From: a bacterium
GTDB taxonomy: Bacteria > CG2-30-53-67
NCBI GenBank assembly: GCA_919901565.1
Contig: CAKKPE010000107.1
Coordinates: forward strand, 7,091 to 71,090
Direction of reading: 5' to 3'
DNA length: 64,000 nt
How positions within the stretch are numbered: position 1 is the first letter of the stretch; the number at the start of each line of letters is the position of its first letter. Positions 19,284-29,629 of this stretch are shown here, one piece after another. Below the pieces are notes generated by a model. It was given only the letters and a program-made list of their open reading frames with translations. It was not told the origin of the DNA and ran no database searches. The position numbers and the translations under genes are program-made.

Positions 19284-21326
19284 TTGTTTTCCGCCCAGGG
19301 TTATACTATTATATCTGAAATTTGCCAAATATTATGCAACGGTCATCGAGGAGAAAGCTTGACTTCCGGTCAGAGTAAAGAACCCAAAAAGGTGATCCTT
19401 GTAGGAAGCCCGAATGTGGGGAAAAGTGTGATCTTCGGTCTCCTCACCGGCAGGTATGTCACGGTTTCCAATTATCCCGGGACCACGGTTGAGGTCTCGG
19501 AAGGGATTATCCAATCCTCGTCCGGGGGGAGGGGAAACATCAGAGTCATTGACAGCCCGGGCGTAAACAGCCTGATCCCCAAGTCCGAGGATGAACAGGT
19601 AACCCGGAATATCCTGCTGCGTTCCGAGGATGCCGGTGTGCTGCAGGTGGCCGATGCCAAGAACCTGAAGCGGGCCCTCCTGATCAACTCCCAGCTTTCG
19701 GATATGGGCCTTCCCATGGCCCTTGTATTGAATATGTACGATGAGGCCGAGGAACGGGGGATCCGTATCGACAAGGACCGGCTCTCAAAGCTTCTGGGGA
19801 TCTGTGTGATCCCCACGGTCGCCACCGAGCGGAGAGGTCTGAAAGAGATCCGTAAATCCCTTGCCGATTTTCGGAAGGCCGAGCGCCATTTCAATTTTGC
19901 GCCATCCATAGAAAAGGCCGTCGAGGAGCTTTCATCGCTTCTTCCGGAAATCCATCTGTCCAAGCGGTTTCTCTCCCTGACCCTTCTTGCCGGGGACAAA
20001 CATCTTCTGAAGTTCCTGGAAGAGATCAAGCCGGACCTCGCAATCCAGAGAGTCCATCAGATTCTTGAGGAGACGCAGAAGGTATTCAAAGATCCCCTGG
20101 GGTATGTGATCCAGAGACAGCGGCAGGCATTCGTTGACGGGATCTTCAGCCAGTGTGTCAGCATCAAAGAGAGGCGGGCATCCGGCTGGAGGGAAAAAGC
20201 CGGGAATTTGTCCATGCACCCGGTTTACGGCGTCCCGATCCTTCTGGTCCTGCTCTATATTATGTACATCTTTGTGGGGAAACTGGGCGCAGGCTACGGG
20301 GTTAACTTTCTGGAATCCGTGGTGTTCGGCAAATATGCCACGCCTTTTATGACCCGGGTCATTGACCTTGTGATCCCCATCCCGCTTGTGCATGATCTTC
20401 TGGTCGGGGAATACGGCGTTCTCTCTGTGGGCTTGACCTATTCTGTGGCCATTGTCATGCCGGTGGTGAGCTTCTTTTTCATCTTTTTCGGGGTCCTCGA
20501 GGATTCCGGTTATCTCCCCAGGCTCACGGTCATGTCCAACAAGATCTTTAAAAAGATCGGGCTGAACGGCAGGGCGGTCCTTCCCATGGTCCTCGGCCTG
20601 GGCTGCGCCACCATGGCCACCCTGACCACGCGTATCCTGGAGACAAAAAAGGAAAGGATCATCGCCACCCTTCTGCTTGCCCTGGGGGTCCCCTGTTCCG
20701 CACAACTGGGTGTGATCATGGGCCTTCTGGGAGGACTCTCCTTGAAGGCTCTGATGGTGGTCGCCGTCACGGTCCTGATGCAGCTCATGATCGTAGGGTA
20801 TCTCGCGGCAAAGGTCCTTCCGGGGAACACCTCGGATTTTCTGATCGAGATCCCGCCCCTCAGGGTCCCGCAGATTTCCAATCTGGTGATAAAGACCTAT
20901 CACCGGGTCAAATGGTTCCTCAAGGAGGCGGTCCCTCTCTTCATGATAGGGACCTTCATTCTCTTCCTGCTCCACCGGATGGGCCTGATCCGTGGTATTG
21001 AGCGGGTGATTGAGCCGATTGTGGTGGGGCTTCTCAACCTGCCGGCCAAGAGCGCCGAGGCCTTCATCCTCGGTTTCCTCCGACGGGATTACGGCGCGGC
21101 CGGGCTGTTCCGGATGGCCCAGGGCGGGGAGATGGACCTCATACAGCTCACCGTCGGTGTCACGGTTATGGTCCTCTTTGTCCCGTGTCTCGCCAACTAC
21201 CTGGTCATGATCAAAGAGCACGGCAAGACAAAGGCGTTCTACATGGTGACGTTCATTTTCGTCTATGCGGTGCTGGTGGGGTTTGTTTTGAATCTGCTAT
21301 TGCGGCATTTCCCTGTTTTATCATAG
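19284..21326 (+). CDS. feoB: Ferrous iron transporter B
   Basis: GSPNVGKS, NYPGTTV, DSPG, LEDSGYLPR, PCSAQ. The true start may be TTG near 19359. Confidence 0.93.
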   Translation: MFSAQGYTIISEICQILCNGHRGESLTSGQSKEPKKVILVGSPNVGKSVIFGLLTGRYVTVSNYPGTTVEVSEGIIQSSSGGRGNIRVIDSPGVNSLIPKSEDEQVTRNILLRSEDAGVLQVADAKNLKRALLINSQLSDMGLPMALVLNMYDEAEERGIRIDKDRLSKLLGICVIPTVATERRGLKEIRKSLADFRKAERHFNFAPSIEKAVEELSSLLPEIHLSKRFLSLTLLAGDKHLLKFLEEIKPDLAIQRVHQILEETQKVFKDPLGYVIQRQRQAFVDGIFSQCVSIKERRASGWREKAGNLSMHPVYGVPILLVLLYIMYIFVGKLGAGYGVNFLESVVFGKYATPFMTRVIDLVIPIPLVHDLLVGEYGVLSVGLTYSVAIVMPVVSFFFIFFGVLEDSGYLPRLTVMSNKIFKKIGLNGRAVLPMVLGLGCATMATLTTRILETKKERIIATLLLALGVPCSAQLGVIMGLLGGLSLKALMVVAVTVLMQLMIVGYLAAKVLPGNTSDFLIEIPPLRVPQISNLVIKTYHRVKWFLKEAVPLFMIGTFILFLLHRMGLIRGIERVIEPIVVGLLNLPAKSAEAFILGFLRRDYGAAGLFRMAQGGEMDLIQLTVGVTVMVLFVPCLANYLVMIKEHGKTKAFYMVTFIFVYAVLVGFVLNLLLRHFPVLS

Positions 21327-21337
21327 GAGGGGAAGAC

Positions 21338-21997
21338 ATGAACAAGGAGGAACGGGAAGAGGCCCTGGAACTGGTCGGCACCCTGGCGGAGAAGGGTGAG
21401 GTTCTTCTGAACGACCTGCAGGAGAAGCATCTGCATCATCCCCTGACCCTGGAACAGATCGACCTGCTCCAGAAGGAGCAGATGATCATTCTGGATAAAG
21501 ACGGCCGGGTCCGGACCACGCCCCAAGGAGATAGATTGGCCCGGGAGATTATCCGGCGGCACCGTCTGGCTGAACGGCTGATTGTGGATGTGCTGGTCCT
21601 CAAGGACCCGGATAGATTTGAAGCATCGGCCTGCGACCTTGAGCATGTGCTCTCCCAGGAGCTCACGGACAGCATCTGTACCCTGCTGGGGCACCCGACG
21701 GTTTGCCCGCATGGAAAACCGATCCCGCCGGGCCTGTGTTGTTCAGAAAGGAGGACCCGGGTCAAAAGCCTGATCGGCTCTCTGGAAGAACTCGATGCCG
21801 GAGAGGAAGGGATCATCGCCTATATCTCAACAAGAGACCATGCCCGGCTGGACCGGCTGACCGCCATGGGCCTGTTCCCCGGGACCCTGATCAAGGTGCA
21901 TCAGAAACAGCCCGCCCTGGTCATCCTCTATGAGGAGACCACCCTGGCCATTGATCTGGAGATCGGCCAGGAGATCCATGTCTGGAGAAAGAAATAA
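21338..21997 (+). CDS. DtxR/MntR-family metal-dependent regulator with C-terminal FeoA domain
   Basis: RRHRLAERL, ACDLEH, LGHPTVCPHGKPIP, RLTAMGLFPG; GGAGG RBS. Confidence 0.88.
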   Translation: MNKEEREEALELVGTLAEKGEVLLNDLQEKHLHHPLTLEQIDLLQKEQMIILDKDGRVRTTPQGDRLAREIIRRHRLAERLIVDVLVLKDPDRFEASACDLEHVLSQELTDSICTLLGHPTVCPHGKPIPPGLCCSERRTRVKSLIGSLEELDAGEEGIIAYISTRDHARLDRLTAMGLFPGTLIKVHQKQPALVILYEETTLAIDLEIGQEIHVWRKK

Positions 21998-22018
21998 CAG
22001 GGGCCAAGCCGAGCCGTT

Positions 22019-23440
22019 TTATTTCTGTAGGAATCGGATAACCCGGTCCGCCACTTTTTCCGAACTCTGCACGCAGTCATTGATTCCAACACCGTAGAAA
22101 GCATTGCCTGTCAGGAAGATCCCGGGATGGTTTTTGGCGAAGATCTGCTCCAGTTCTGAAATCCGTTTGCTGTGTCCGACCGTATACTGGGGGATGGCCT
22201 TTTCATGCCGGAAGAGTTTGATGAATTCCGGGGGAGTTTGGATCCCCATGATTTCTTTCAGGGTCTCACGGGTATTGGCGACCACGGTATCCGCATTCAG
22301 AAGTCCATATGCAGGGCGGCGCGCTCCTCCGGCCATGCTCCGAAGAGAGACATACCCATCTGGCGCCCTGCCGGGGAAGATGCTGGAATCCCAGAGCGTG
22401 CCCAGGATCTTTTTCTCTTCCTTGCCCGGGATCAGGAATCCGAACCCGTCCACAGACATGGGGATGGCCTCTTTTCTGTAACCCAGGCAGATCACGGAGA
22501 GCGGCGCATAAGGGATCTGTTCCAGAAGTTCCGAGGATCGGGGCTCCATGCCTGCAAACAGACTGGATGCCACATAGGCGGGAACTGCGGAGACCACGAT
22601 CTCAGCCGGGACAGGGTTCACATCTTTCTCGAGGTGGACCAGAAAAGGGGCCTCTCCATGCAGCCCTCTGTCGACTCGGGAGACCCTGCGGGATACACGG
22701 ACTGCATGGGAAAGGGCGTGGTGCAGGGAATTGATCAGGTCCTCCAGACCTCCCTGAAAGGAGGTGAGGATGCCTCCCGGTCCAGCGGGGCCGGCCTGAG
22801 GTGTTTTTGCTTCCCCTGCCGCCTTCTTTTTCTTTTGGAGCTTGATCATGGCCCGGACCAGGCTTCCATACTCGGATTCCAACTCTGCAATCCTCGGGAA
22901 ACAGCTTTTCAGGCTCATCTGTTCCGGGTCCCCGGCAAAGATCCCCGAGACCATGGGTCCGATCAGTTTGTCCAGGGCCTCCTGACCCAGTCGCCGCCGC
23001 GCGAAATCCGCGAGGGTTTCGTCCCGGTCCTTTGGCCCTCTTCGGGCCCAGAGCTCACCGATGATTCTCAGACGTCCCCGTATAGACAGGAGGTTGGATC
23101 TGAAAAATGCAGGAGGACTTTCCGGAAGGGCATGGAGTTTGCCTTCGGAGTATATAAAACGTTTTCGTGCCTCATCCCTGCTTCTGAGCAGGCGGCCGGA
23201 AACGTTCAGGCGGTCACACAGGTCCAGGGTAATGGGTTTGTTGTCGAGGAAACCGTTGGGGCCGTACTCGCAAAGAAAGCCCTGGTCCCGGACACTCCAG
23301 ATCTTCCCTCCGAGCCGGTCCTCGCCTTCCAGGACTGTGAGTTCTATCTCCTGTCCGGCCCTTGCAGCTGCTTCCCGGATGCAAAAGGCGGCGGAGAGTC
23401 CGGAGATGCCGCCGCCCATGACCACAATGCGTGTCCCCAT
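22019..23440 (-). CDS. hemG: HemY-type protoporphyrinogen oxidase
   Basis: GGGISGL, EYGPNGFL, GIFAGDP, GFGFL, AIPQY, GVGINDC. Confidence 0.92.
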   Translation of the reverse strand: MGTRIVVMGGGISGLSAAFCIREAAARAGQEIELTVLEGEDRLGGKIWSVRDQGFLCEYGPNGFLDNKPITLDLCDRLNVSGRLLRSRDEARKRFIYSEGKLHALPESPPAFFRSNLLSIRGRLRIIGELWARRGPKDRDETLADFARRRLGQEALDKLIGPMVSGIFAGDPEQMSLKSCFPRIAELESEYGSLVRAMIKLQKKKKAAGEAKTPQAGPAGPGGILTSFQGGLEDLINSLHHALSHAVRVSRRVSRVDRGLHGEAPFLVHLEKDVNPVPAEIVVSAVPAYVASSLFAGMEPRSSELLEQIPYAPLSVICLGYRKEAIPMSVDGFGFLIPGKEEKKILGTLWDSSIFPGRAPDGYVSLRSMAGGARRPAYGLLNADTVVANTRETLKEIMGIQTPPEFIKLFRHEKAIPQYTVGHSKRISELEQIFAKNHPGIFLTGNAFYGVGINDCVQSSEKVADRVIRFLQK

Positions 23441-23576
23441 AGCGAATCCTGTATGCGGGTATTAAAAAGCGGACAATATTTTTTGCATACTTATATAGGA
23501 GAGCGGTGAAATGTCAATGTTTTTATGAAATAAATCTATACCCAGGCTCCTTTTTGTTGTATAAGAAGAAGGCAAT

Positions 23577-23647
23577 CCTCTCCCCAAGGGGAGAGGAAGT
23601 TCAAACATCCCTTCTCCCCATAGGGGAGAAGGTTAGGATGAGGGGGG
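23577..23647. repeat. REP-like paired palindromes (CCTCTCCCC/GGGGAGAGG type)
   Basis: cctctcccc-aa-ggggagagg and ccttctcccc-ata-ggggagaagg. Confidence 0.75.
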
Positions 23648-23742
23648 ACACCAAAAGACACGACAAGGTTGACACGACACTAGAAAAAATTAAGGAATCT
23701 GGCAAACATGCGTTAACTTTTTTTGTGAGGGGGTTATTTCAT

Positions 23743-25134
23743 ATGACCATTCAGCTCTCTTTTCATGGGGCGGCCGACACCGTGACCGGCTCCTGTCACC
23801 TCCTTCAGGCTGAAGGGCTGAAAATTCTTGTGGACTGCGGCCTGTTCCAGGGGGACCGGCAGTGGGAGGAGAGGAATGATCAGGACTTTGGCTTTGATCC
23901 TTCCTCGATTGATTATCTTCTTCTGACCCACGGGCACCTCGACCACTGCGGCAGGATTCCCGTGCTGGTCAGGAAAGGGTTCAAAGGAAAGATCATCTGT
24001 ACTCCAGCTACCTATGATATTGCAAAGATTGTCTTTATGGATTCCGCCCATATTCAGGAGGAAGATGCCGGGCAGTGGAAGAAAATCCACGCCCGTAGAG
24101 GTCTCCCGCACAAAGAGCCTCTTTATACTACCCTGGACGCCCTCGACGCCTTGCAGCACTTCGGCACCTTTGCCCAATATGGGCAGTCCATCCCATTAAA
24201 CGGCAAGGTTCAGGTCACCTTCAAGGATTCCGGACATATACTTGGCGCAGCGTTCCTGGAAATCGTGATCAAAGGCTTTGGCAAGGTCATCTTTTCCGGT
24301 GATTTGGGCAACAGGGGAAAGCCCATCATCAAGGATCCATCATTTCCTGACGGGGGGGATGTGGTGGTTGTTGAGGGGACCTACGCGGACCGGAATCACA
24401 AAAATATAGAAGCGTCGGTCGAGGAGTTCCGAAAGGCCGTCCTGGAGAGCTGCCGGCTGGGAGGCAATGTGCTCATTCCTTCCTTTGCCATAGAGAGGGC
24501 ACAGGACCTGCTGTTTTTTATCAGGGAATTTTATGATCAGGGACGGCTCCCTTCCTGTAGGGTTTTTCTGGACTCCCCTATGGCCATCAAGATCACGGAT
24601 GTTATGCGCAAGCACCCGGAATGTTTTGATCCAGAAACCCAGGGGTTCTTCCAGAGTCATGAAGATCCCTTTGACTTCCCAGGGCTTCAGCTCACGAGGA
24701 CCGCTGAGGCATCCAGGCAGATCAATTCCATGAAAAGCCATGCGATTATAATCGCCGGGTCCGGCATGTGTACCGGAGGAAGAATCAAGCATCATCTCAA
24801 GCATAATATCTGGCGCGAGGAGTCTTCAATTATTTTCGTCGGGTACCAGGCCGAGGGAACGCTCGGGAGAAAGATCGTGGACAGAGAAAAGGAGGTAACG
24901 ATCTTCGGTGAAACCTATCGCGTAAACGCCAGGGTCCATACGATCGGGGGGTTTTCATCCCATGCGGACAAAGAGATCCTTATGGATTGGCTCCAGCACA
25001 ACAAGGAAATCCGTCATCTCTTTCTGGTCCACGGCGAAAGAAACACCCTGGCTTCTTTCCAGGAAGAAGTCGGGAATAAGGGTATGGCAAAAGAGATCCA
25101 TATCCCGCATCTGAACGAAAAGTTTTTACTTTAA
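23743..25134 (+). CDS. MBL-fold beta-CASP ribonuclease-like hydrolase
   Basis: THGHLDHCGR, SGHILG, FSGDLG, SGMCTGGR, FSSHAD, LVHGE. Confidence 0.92.
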   Translation: MTIQLSFHGAADTVTGSCHLLQAEGLKILVDCGLFQGDRQWEERNDQDFGFDPSSIDYLLLTHGHLDHCGRIPVLVRKGFKGKIICTPATYDIAKIVFMDSAHIQEEDAGQWKKIHARRGLPHKEPLYTTLDALDALQHFGTFAQYGQSIPLNGKVQVTFKDSGHILGAAFLEIVIKGFGKVIFSGDLGNRGKPIIKDPSFPDGGDVVVVEGTYADRNHKNIEASVEEFRKAVLESCRLGGNVLIPSFAIERAQDLLFFIREFYDQGRLPSCRVFLDSPMAIKITDVMRKHPECFDPETQGFFQSHEDPFDFPGLQLTRTAEASRQINSMKSHAIIIAGSGMCTGGRIKHHLKHNIWREESSIIFVGYQAEGTLGRKIVDREKEVTIFGETYRVNARVHTIGGFSSHADKEILMDWLQHNKEIRHLFLVHGERNTLASFQEEVGNKGMAKEIHIPHLNEKFLL

Positions 25135-25276
25135 GCCACGCTCTCCCCTTGTCGGATATGCAACAAACCTTGCCATCGCAGCCATATCCAGGCCCGCGGC
25201 CAATGGCCGCTTGATTTCATAACCGCATGTTTCTAAAAGGCTTTTAGCGCAGTACCTTGAAGATGGGAAGTCCAGC

Positions 25277-25323
25277 TTGACATAATGAGTAACAGGTGTT
25301 ACATTACAATCAACTGTTACATT
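25277..25323 (+). promoter_or_regulatory. sigma70 promoter with overlapping operator-like repeat upstream of chrB
   Basis: TTGACA-17-TACATT; GTAACA-GG-TGTTAC palindrome; TGTTACATT repeated 18 bp later. Confidence 0.6.
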
Positions 25324-25398
25324 GGCGCTCAGCATGGAGTCCAATCAGGCGGACGGGATGAGCATGATCAAAGAGTTAAATGAGGCAAACAGGAAGAC

Positions 25399-26403
25399 AT
25401 GATGAAGAGCCTCAGCCATAAGACAGAAAAAGGAAAAGGATGGCTTCTCTTTTTTTACAGTGTTCCTTCGAAGCCCGTCAGCAGCCGGATGAAGATCTGG
25501 AGAAAGCTGGCCAAGGCCGGAGCCGTGCAGCTCAAAGGCGCTGTTTACATTCTGCCTCACAGCGAGGAACATTACGAGTTTTTCGGATGGCTGGTCTCTG
25601 AGGTGACTTTGATGCGTGGTGATGCGGTTTTTGTGAAAGTGGATTCTGTGGAGACTATGAAGACAAGCGAAATCATCGACATTTTTAATCAACAGCGGGA
25701 AAAGGATTACCACAGGGTTACAGAAGTGGTGGAGGATCTGGAGAGGAAGGTCAGCAGTATCCGTAAAGGAAACGGCATCCAGAGCACCAAAAGATTGAGC
25801 GAGGCGGTTGAGAGATATCTGAAGGAATATGAAGAGATCAGAAAAACGGATTTCTTCTCCTCGAAAGAGGGGAATGAATTGAAAAAGAGGATTAAAGTTC
25901 TTGAGGCCGGGATCCGCGGGATCTCCGGCACTGCCGGCAAGGAGAAAGAGGTCGTATCTGTTGTTACAAGAAACATTCAAGACTATCAGGGGAAGAGATG
26001 GGTCACCCGGGAAAAACCGTTTGTGGATCGAATCGCCTCGGCATGGCTGATTAAACGTTTTATTGACAGGGATGCGGTATTTCAGTTCATGGAAGAAAAG
26101 GAGATAGAAAACCTGGACAAGTCAGTGGTGACGTTTGATGTGAGAGGCGGGGAATTCACGCATGTCGGGGATCTGTGCACCTTTGAGGTTCTGCTGCGGA
26201 CGTTTCGTCTTCAGGACAAGGCCTTGAAAAAGATGGCCGAGATTGTGCATGATCTGGATATTAAGGATGGGAAATATCAGAGTGAGGAATCAAAAGGGAT
26301 AGAAGGTATTCTGAGAGGGTTAAGAAAAACCGAGAAGGATGATCGTGAAGCCCTCGAAAAAGGGATGGCTGTCATTGAGCTTTTTTATGTGTCCAGGATT
26401 TAA
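25399..26403 (+). CDS. chrB: Chromate resistance protein ChrB
   Basis: WLLFFYSVP...RMKIWRKL..GAV; WVTREKPFVDRIASAWLIKRFID; FTHVGDLCTFE. Confidence 0.88.
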   Translation: MMKSLSHKTEKGKGWLLFFYSVPSKPVSSRMKIWRKLAKAGAVQLKGAVYILPHSEEHYEFFGWLVSEVTLMRGDAVFVKVDSVETMKTSEIIDIFNQQREKDYHRVTEVVEDLERKVSSIRKGNGIQSTKRLSEAVERYLKEYEEIRKTDFFSSKEGNELKKRIKVLEAGIRGISGTAGKEKEVVSVVTRNIQDYQGKRWVTREKPFVDRIASAWLIKRFIDRDAVFQFMEEKEIENLDKSVVTFDVRGGEFTHVGDLCTFEVLLRTFRLQDKALKKMAEIVHDLDIKDGKYQSEESKGIEGILRGLRKTEKDDREALEKGMAVIELFYVSRI

Positions 26404-26428
26404 ATTTAATTTTATGGAGGAAATCATT

Positions 26429-26713
26429 ATGCCGCCCGTTGAAAAACATTTTAAAACCAGTTTGGAAAAGACCGGAAAGGAGTACAAGGAGGTCCATGAG
26501 TGGATGGACGGGGACCCGGAAAAAAAGGCCGAACGACATAACCTCACCCGGATGTACGAGTACGGAAGGATGATCGAAGACCAGTATGGCAAGGAGGCCC
26601 TTCAGGAATACATCCAGCACTTGCACGATGATGTCAAGGCCAAGTTTACACACATTCAGCACGACCTGGAAAAGGCCATCGCCGATACCCTGGCCTATTT
26701 CGGTGTCAAGTAG
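26429..26713 (+). CDS. Small hypothetical protein
   Basis: GGAGG RBS; 94 aa with EVHEWMD, ERH and HLHDD His motifs. Confidence 0.75.
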   Translation: MPPVEKHFKTSLEKTGKEYKEVHEWMDGDPEKKAERHNLTRMYEYGRMIEDQYGKEALQEYIQHLHDDVKAKFTHIQHDLEKAIADTLAYFGVK

Positions 26714-26730
26714 TATGGATTATGCACTTT

Positions 26731-26847
26731 ATGAACTACCAGATCCAAGAATCAGACATTGCATTGTTCCGGAACACAGGGGTTCCGGAAGAAGATATCA
26801 GGCACTGTAGCTCATCCATAAACAAGAGACATAGGAGGTTATCATGA
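26731..26847 (+). pseudogene. Possible N-terminal stub of an HDIG-domain protein
   Basis: MNYQIQESDIALFRNTGVPEEDIRHC resembles HDIG protein N-termini and breaks off immediately after. Confidence 0.4.
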
Positions 26848-27686
26848 ATGCGACACCATCCTGCCCGGTATCCGGACTTGACAAGATATTGCTGGTCACA
26901 GACGGTTTTGAATTTAGCGAGGGGGCCATCCGGGAGGCCATTAACTTCGCCGGAAAATGCGGGAGCAGGCTTTATGCCGTGATGGTGGTGGAGACCAATC
27001 CGGAGTATGAGAGCATGGCTCCGCAGCTTGTGGAACGGGCTATTGAAGAAGGGGCAAGACGGCATCTGGACTCGGTCAAGGCGCGCTCCAGGGAACAAGG
27101 TTTGGCCTGTGAAACCATTATTGTCCAGGGAGATGAGCCCTATCAACTGATTGTGGATGAGGCCGCCAGAAGGGGAGTGGATATGATCATCATCGGCCGC
27201 CGCGGCCGCAAAGGGCTTACAAAACTCCTGGTGGGTGAAGTGGCTGAAAAGGTTATTGGGCATGCCCCCTGCAAGGTTCTTGTGGTCCCGAGAGCCGCCA
27301 GGATCGAATATAAAAACCTATTGGTCGCCACTGACGGTTCGATTCACAGCAACGCTGCGCTCACAGAAGCCATTGCTATTGCTAAACGCTGCGGAAGCCA
27401 TCTCATTGCACTTTCGGCAATGCGTGATGAAAGCGAGCGGGAAGAGGCAGAAAACTTTGCCAACAAAGCCGTTGAACTGGCACAGAAGGAAGGTGTGTCG
27501 GCAGAAGCGGTAACCCCAATAGGAAGATCATTCAATGCGATAGTTGAAACGGCAGGCGGCAGGGGGGTCGATCTGATCGTTATGGGGACCTACGGCAAGA
27601 CGGGGGTTAAGAAACTTTTAATGGGAAGCTCGACAGAGAAGGTCATCGGAAATGCAGGCTGCGCGGTCCTGGTCGTCAAGGCTTAG
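26844..27686 (+). CDS. Universal stress protein, tandem USP domains
   Basis: ILLVTDG...IIIGRRG...GEVAEKV and LVATDGS...VMGTYG...MGSSTEKV. Confidence 0.93.
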   Translation: MNATPSCPVSGLDKILLVTDGFEFSEGAIREAINFAGKCGSRLYAVMVVETNPEYESMAPQLVERAIEEGARRHLDSVKARSREQGLACETIIVQGDEPYQLIVDEAARRGVDMIIIGRRGRKGLTKLLVGEVAEKVIGHAPCKVLVVPRAARIEYKNLLVATDGSIHSNAALTEAIAIAKRCGSHLIALSAMRDESEREEAENFANKAVELAQKEGVSAEAVTPIGRSFNAIVETAGGRGVDLIVMGTYGKTGVKKLLMGSSTEKVIGNAGCAVLVVKA

Positions 27687-27867
27687 TGCGTTGAATTGAG
27701 GCGTCGCATCGGATTTTCACGAACAAGCAATGAAATATGGGTGGCATGCAAGACGGTCATATCCAATAAAGGAATACTTGTTCTCCTTGATTTTAATCCG
27801 GATTTGTAATACGATTAACAGATATGTGACGGCCAAAAGAGCATTGCTCTTCTCGTGCTGTTGCTAA

Positions 27868-28023
27868 GTGGCCCTATTCGTAAATACGGTGGCATTCGAA
27901 TGCCGTAGGGCGTTCTCCTCGGCGTTGCGCTCCTTGCGGTGAGGGGTACGCCTCAGTCACGCTCCTTGATGAGGCCGCCCTACGACCCTCTCGGTACGTC
28001 ACCATATTTACGAACAGGACCAC
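27868..28023. mobile_element. MITE-like element with TAA target duplication
   Basis: TIRs gtggccctattcgtaaatacggtggc / gtcaccatatttacgaacaggaccac; TAA at 27865-27867 and 28024-28026; internal gtagggcg/cgccctac. Confidence 0.75.
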
Positions 28024-28088
28024 TAAGATATAGATATCATGTTGTTTTAGAAAGGGGTTTCCCGAATTATCCGACAAGGAGAGGAAAA

Positions 28089-29033
28089 ATGTTCAGACCA
28101 GAAATCAAGGTGATTGACTGCACGGTCCGTGACGGCGGTTTGATGAACAAATGGCAGTTTGACGATGCCTTTGTCTGCAAGGTTTATCACGCGCTCAGCG
28201 AGGCGGGCATTGATTATATGGAGATCGGATATCTCAGCTCCGAGAGTTCTTTTTCCAGGGACGAATTCGGGCCATGGAAGTTTTGCGCCGAGGATGATCT
28301 CTGCCGGGTGACCGGCGGTAAAGAAAAAAAGGTCAAACTGTCCGCTATGGCGGATATAGGCCGGATCGAGTATGACGATATCCCGCCGCAGGCCCAGAGT
28401 TCCCTGGATATGGTGCGGGTCGCCTGTTATGTTCATCAGATCGATGCGGCGATCGGCCTGGCACACCATTGCATGGACAAAGGATACGAGGTCACCATCA
28501 ACCTGATGGCTGTCTCCACCGTGGGGCCGCGGGATCTGGAAGAAGGCCTTGAAGATCTTTCCCGGAGCAGGGTCCCGGTCATCTATCTGGTGGACAGCTT
28601 CGGGGCCTTTTATTCAGAGGATATAGATATGCTCGCGAAAAAATATCTGGAGAGGCTGCCGGGCAAAACCATCGGCTTTCACGGCCACAATAACCAGCAA
28701 TTGGCCTTTGCCAACACGATTTCAGCAATCATCTCCGGCGTCAATTACCTCGATGGCACGCTGTATGGCATCGGCCGCGGGGCCGGCAACTGCCCTCTTG
28801 AACTTCTTATTTCGTTCCTGAAGAACCCAAAGTTCAAGGTGCGCCCGCTGATCGAGGCCATAGAAACCCAGATTTTCCCCTGGCAGAAAAAGATCGATTG
28901 GGGTTACTTTATCCCTTACATGATCACAGGTGTCCTGAATCAGCACCCTCGAACCGCCATGGCACATATGGAGTCGGACAGAAAGGAGAAGGTAACGGAT
29001 TTCTACGATCAGGTGAGCAGCGCCATCGAGTAG
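28089..29033 (+). CDS. DRE-TIM (HMGL-like) aldolase catalytic-domain protein
   Basis: DCTVRDGG, YLVDSFG, GFHGHNNQQLA, GRGAGNCPLE. Confidence 0.88.
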   Translation: MFRPEIKVIDCTVRDGGLMNKWQFDDAFVCKVYHALSEAGIDYMEIGYLSSESSFSRDEFGPWKFCAEDDLCRVTGGKEKKVKLSAMADIGRIEYDDIPPQAQSSLDMVRVACYVHQIDAAIGLAHHCMDKGYEVTINLMAVSTVGPRDLEEGLEDLSRSRVPVIYLVDSFGAFYSEDIDMLAKKYLERLPGKTIGFHGHNNQQLAFANTISAIISGVNYLDGTLYGIGRGAGNCPLELLISFLKNPKFKVRPLIEAIETQIFPWQKKIDWGYFIPYMITGVLNQHPRTAMAHMESDRKEKVTDFYDQVSSAIE

Positions 29034-29066
29034 AAAAGAGTGAAGCGTAAAAAAGGAAGATGATCC

Positions 29067-29558
29067 ATGCCCTCTTTCGATATTGTCAACAGGATTGATA
29101 TGCAGGAGGTTGATAACGCCGTCAATCTTACAAAGAAAGTCATCGCCACGCGATACGACTTCCGGAAGTCGCAGACAGAGATCAACCTGAACCGGAAGGA
29201 ACAGGGCATCCACCTGATTACGGAGGATACCATGAAGATGAAAGCCGTACAGGATGAATTGATCGGCAACATGGTCAAACGCAAGGTCGATCCAAAGGTC
29301 CTGGATCTCAAGGAGGTTGAACCGGCCTCCAAAGGAATGCTCAAATGTGAAGTCCGGCTGGTGGATGGTATTGATATGGATACGGCCAGGCTTATCGTAA
29401 AAATGATCAAAGACCTCAAACTCAAGGTCCAGGCCCAGATTCAGGATAACCAGGTGCGTGTGAGCGGCAAGAAGATCGATGACCTTCAGACGGTTATAGC
29501 GATGCTCAAGAAAAGCAAGCTGAAAGTGCCGCTTCAGTTTATGAATATGAAGGAGTGA
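29067..29558 (+). CDS. yajQ: YajQ-family nucleotide/c-di-GMP-binding protein
   Basis: [28 protein letters not shown]. Confidence 0.95.
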   Translation: MPSFDIVNRIDMQEVDNAVNLTKKVIATRYDFRKSQTEINLNRKEQGIHLITEDTMKMKAVQDELIGNMVKRKVDPKVLDLKEVEPASKGMLKCEVRLVDGIDMDTARLIVKMIKDLKLKVQAQIQDNQVRVSGKKIDDLQTVIAMLKKSKLKVPLQFMNMKE

Positions 29559-29629
29559 TACAAAACTTTTTCTCCTGAACGAGAATGAACCTTGGCAATG
29601 CCTTTAATGAGAGATAGGATGGAAGCCCG

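Noticed and set aside
19932-23509. Long antisense ORFs opposite feoB and hemG (and similar ones elsewhere)
   Set aside because: Codon-bias shadows of well-supported genes.
23506-23742. Long N-terminal extension of the MBL hydrolase
   Set aside because: Read-through across the REP element; the family-typical start is 23743.
27939-28088. N-terminal extension of the aldolase
   Set aside because: Begins within the MITE; the RBS supports 28089.
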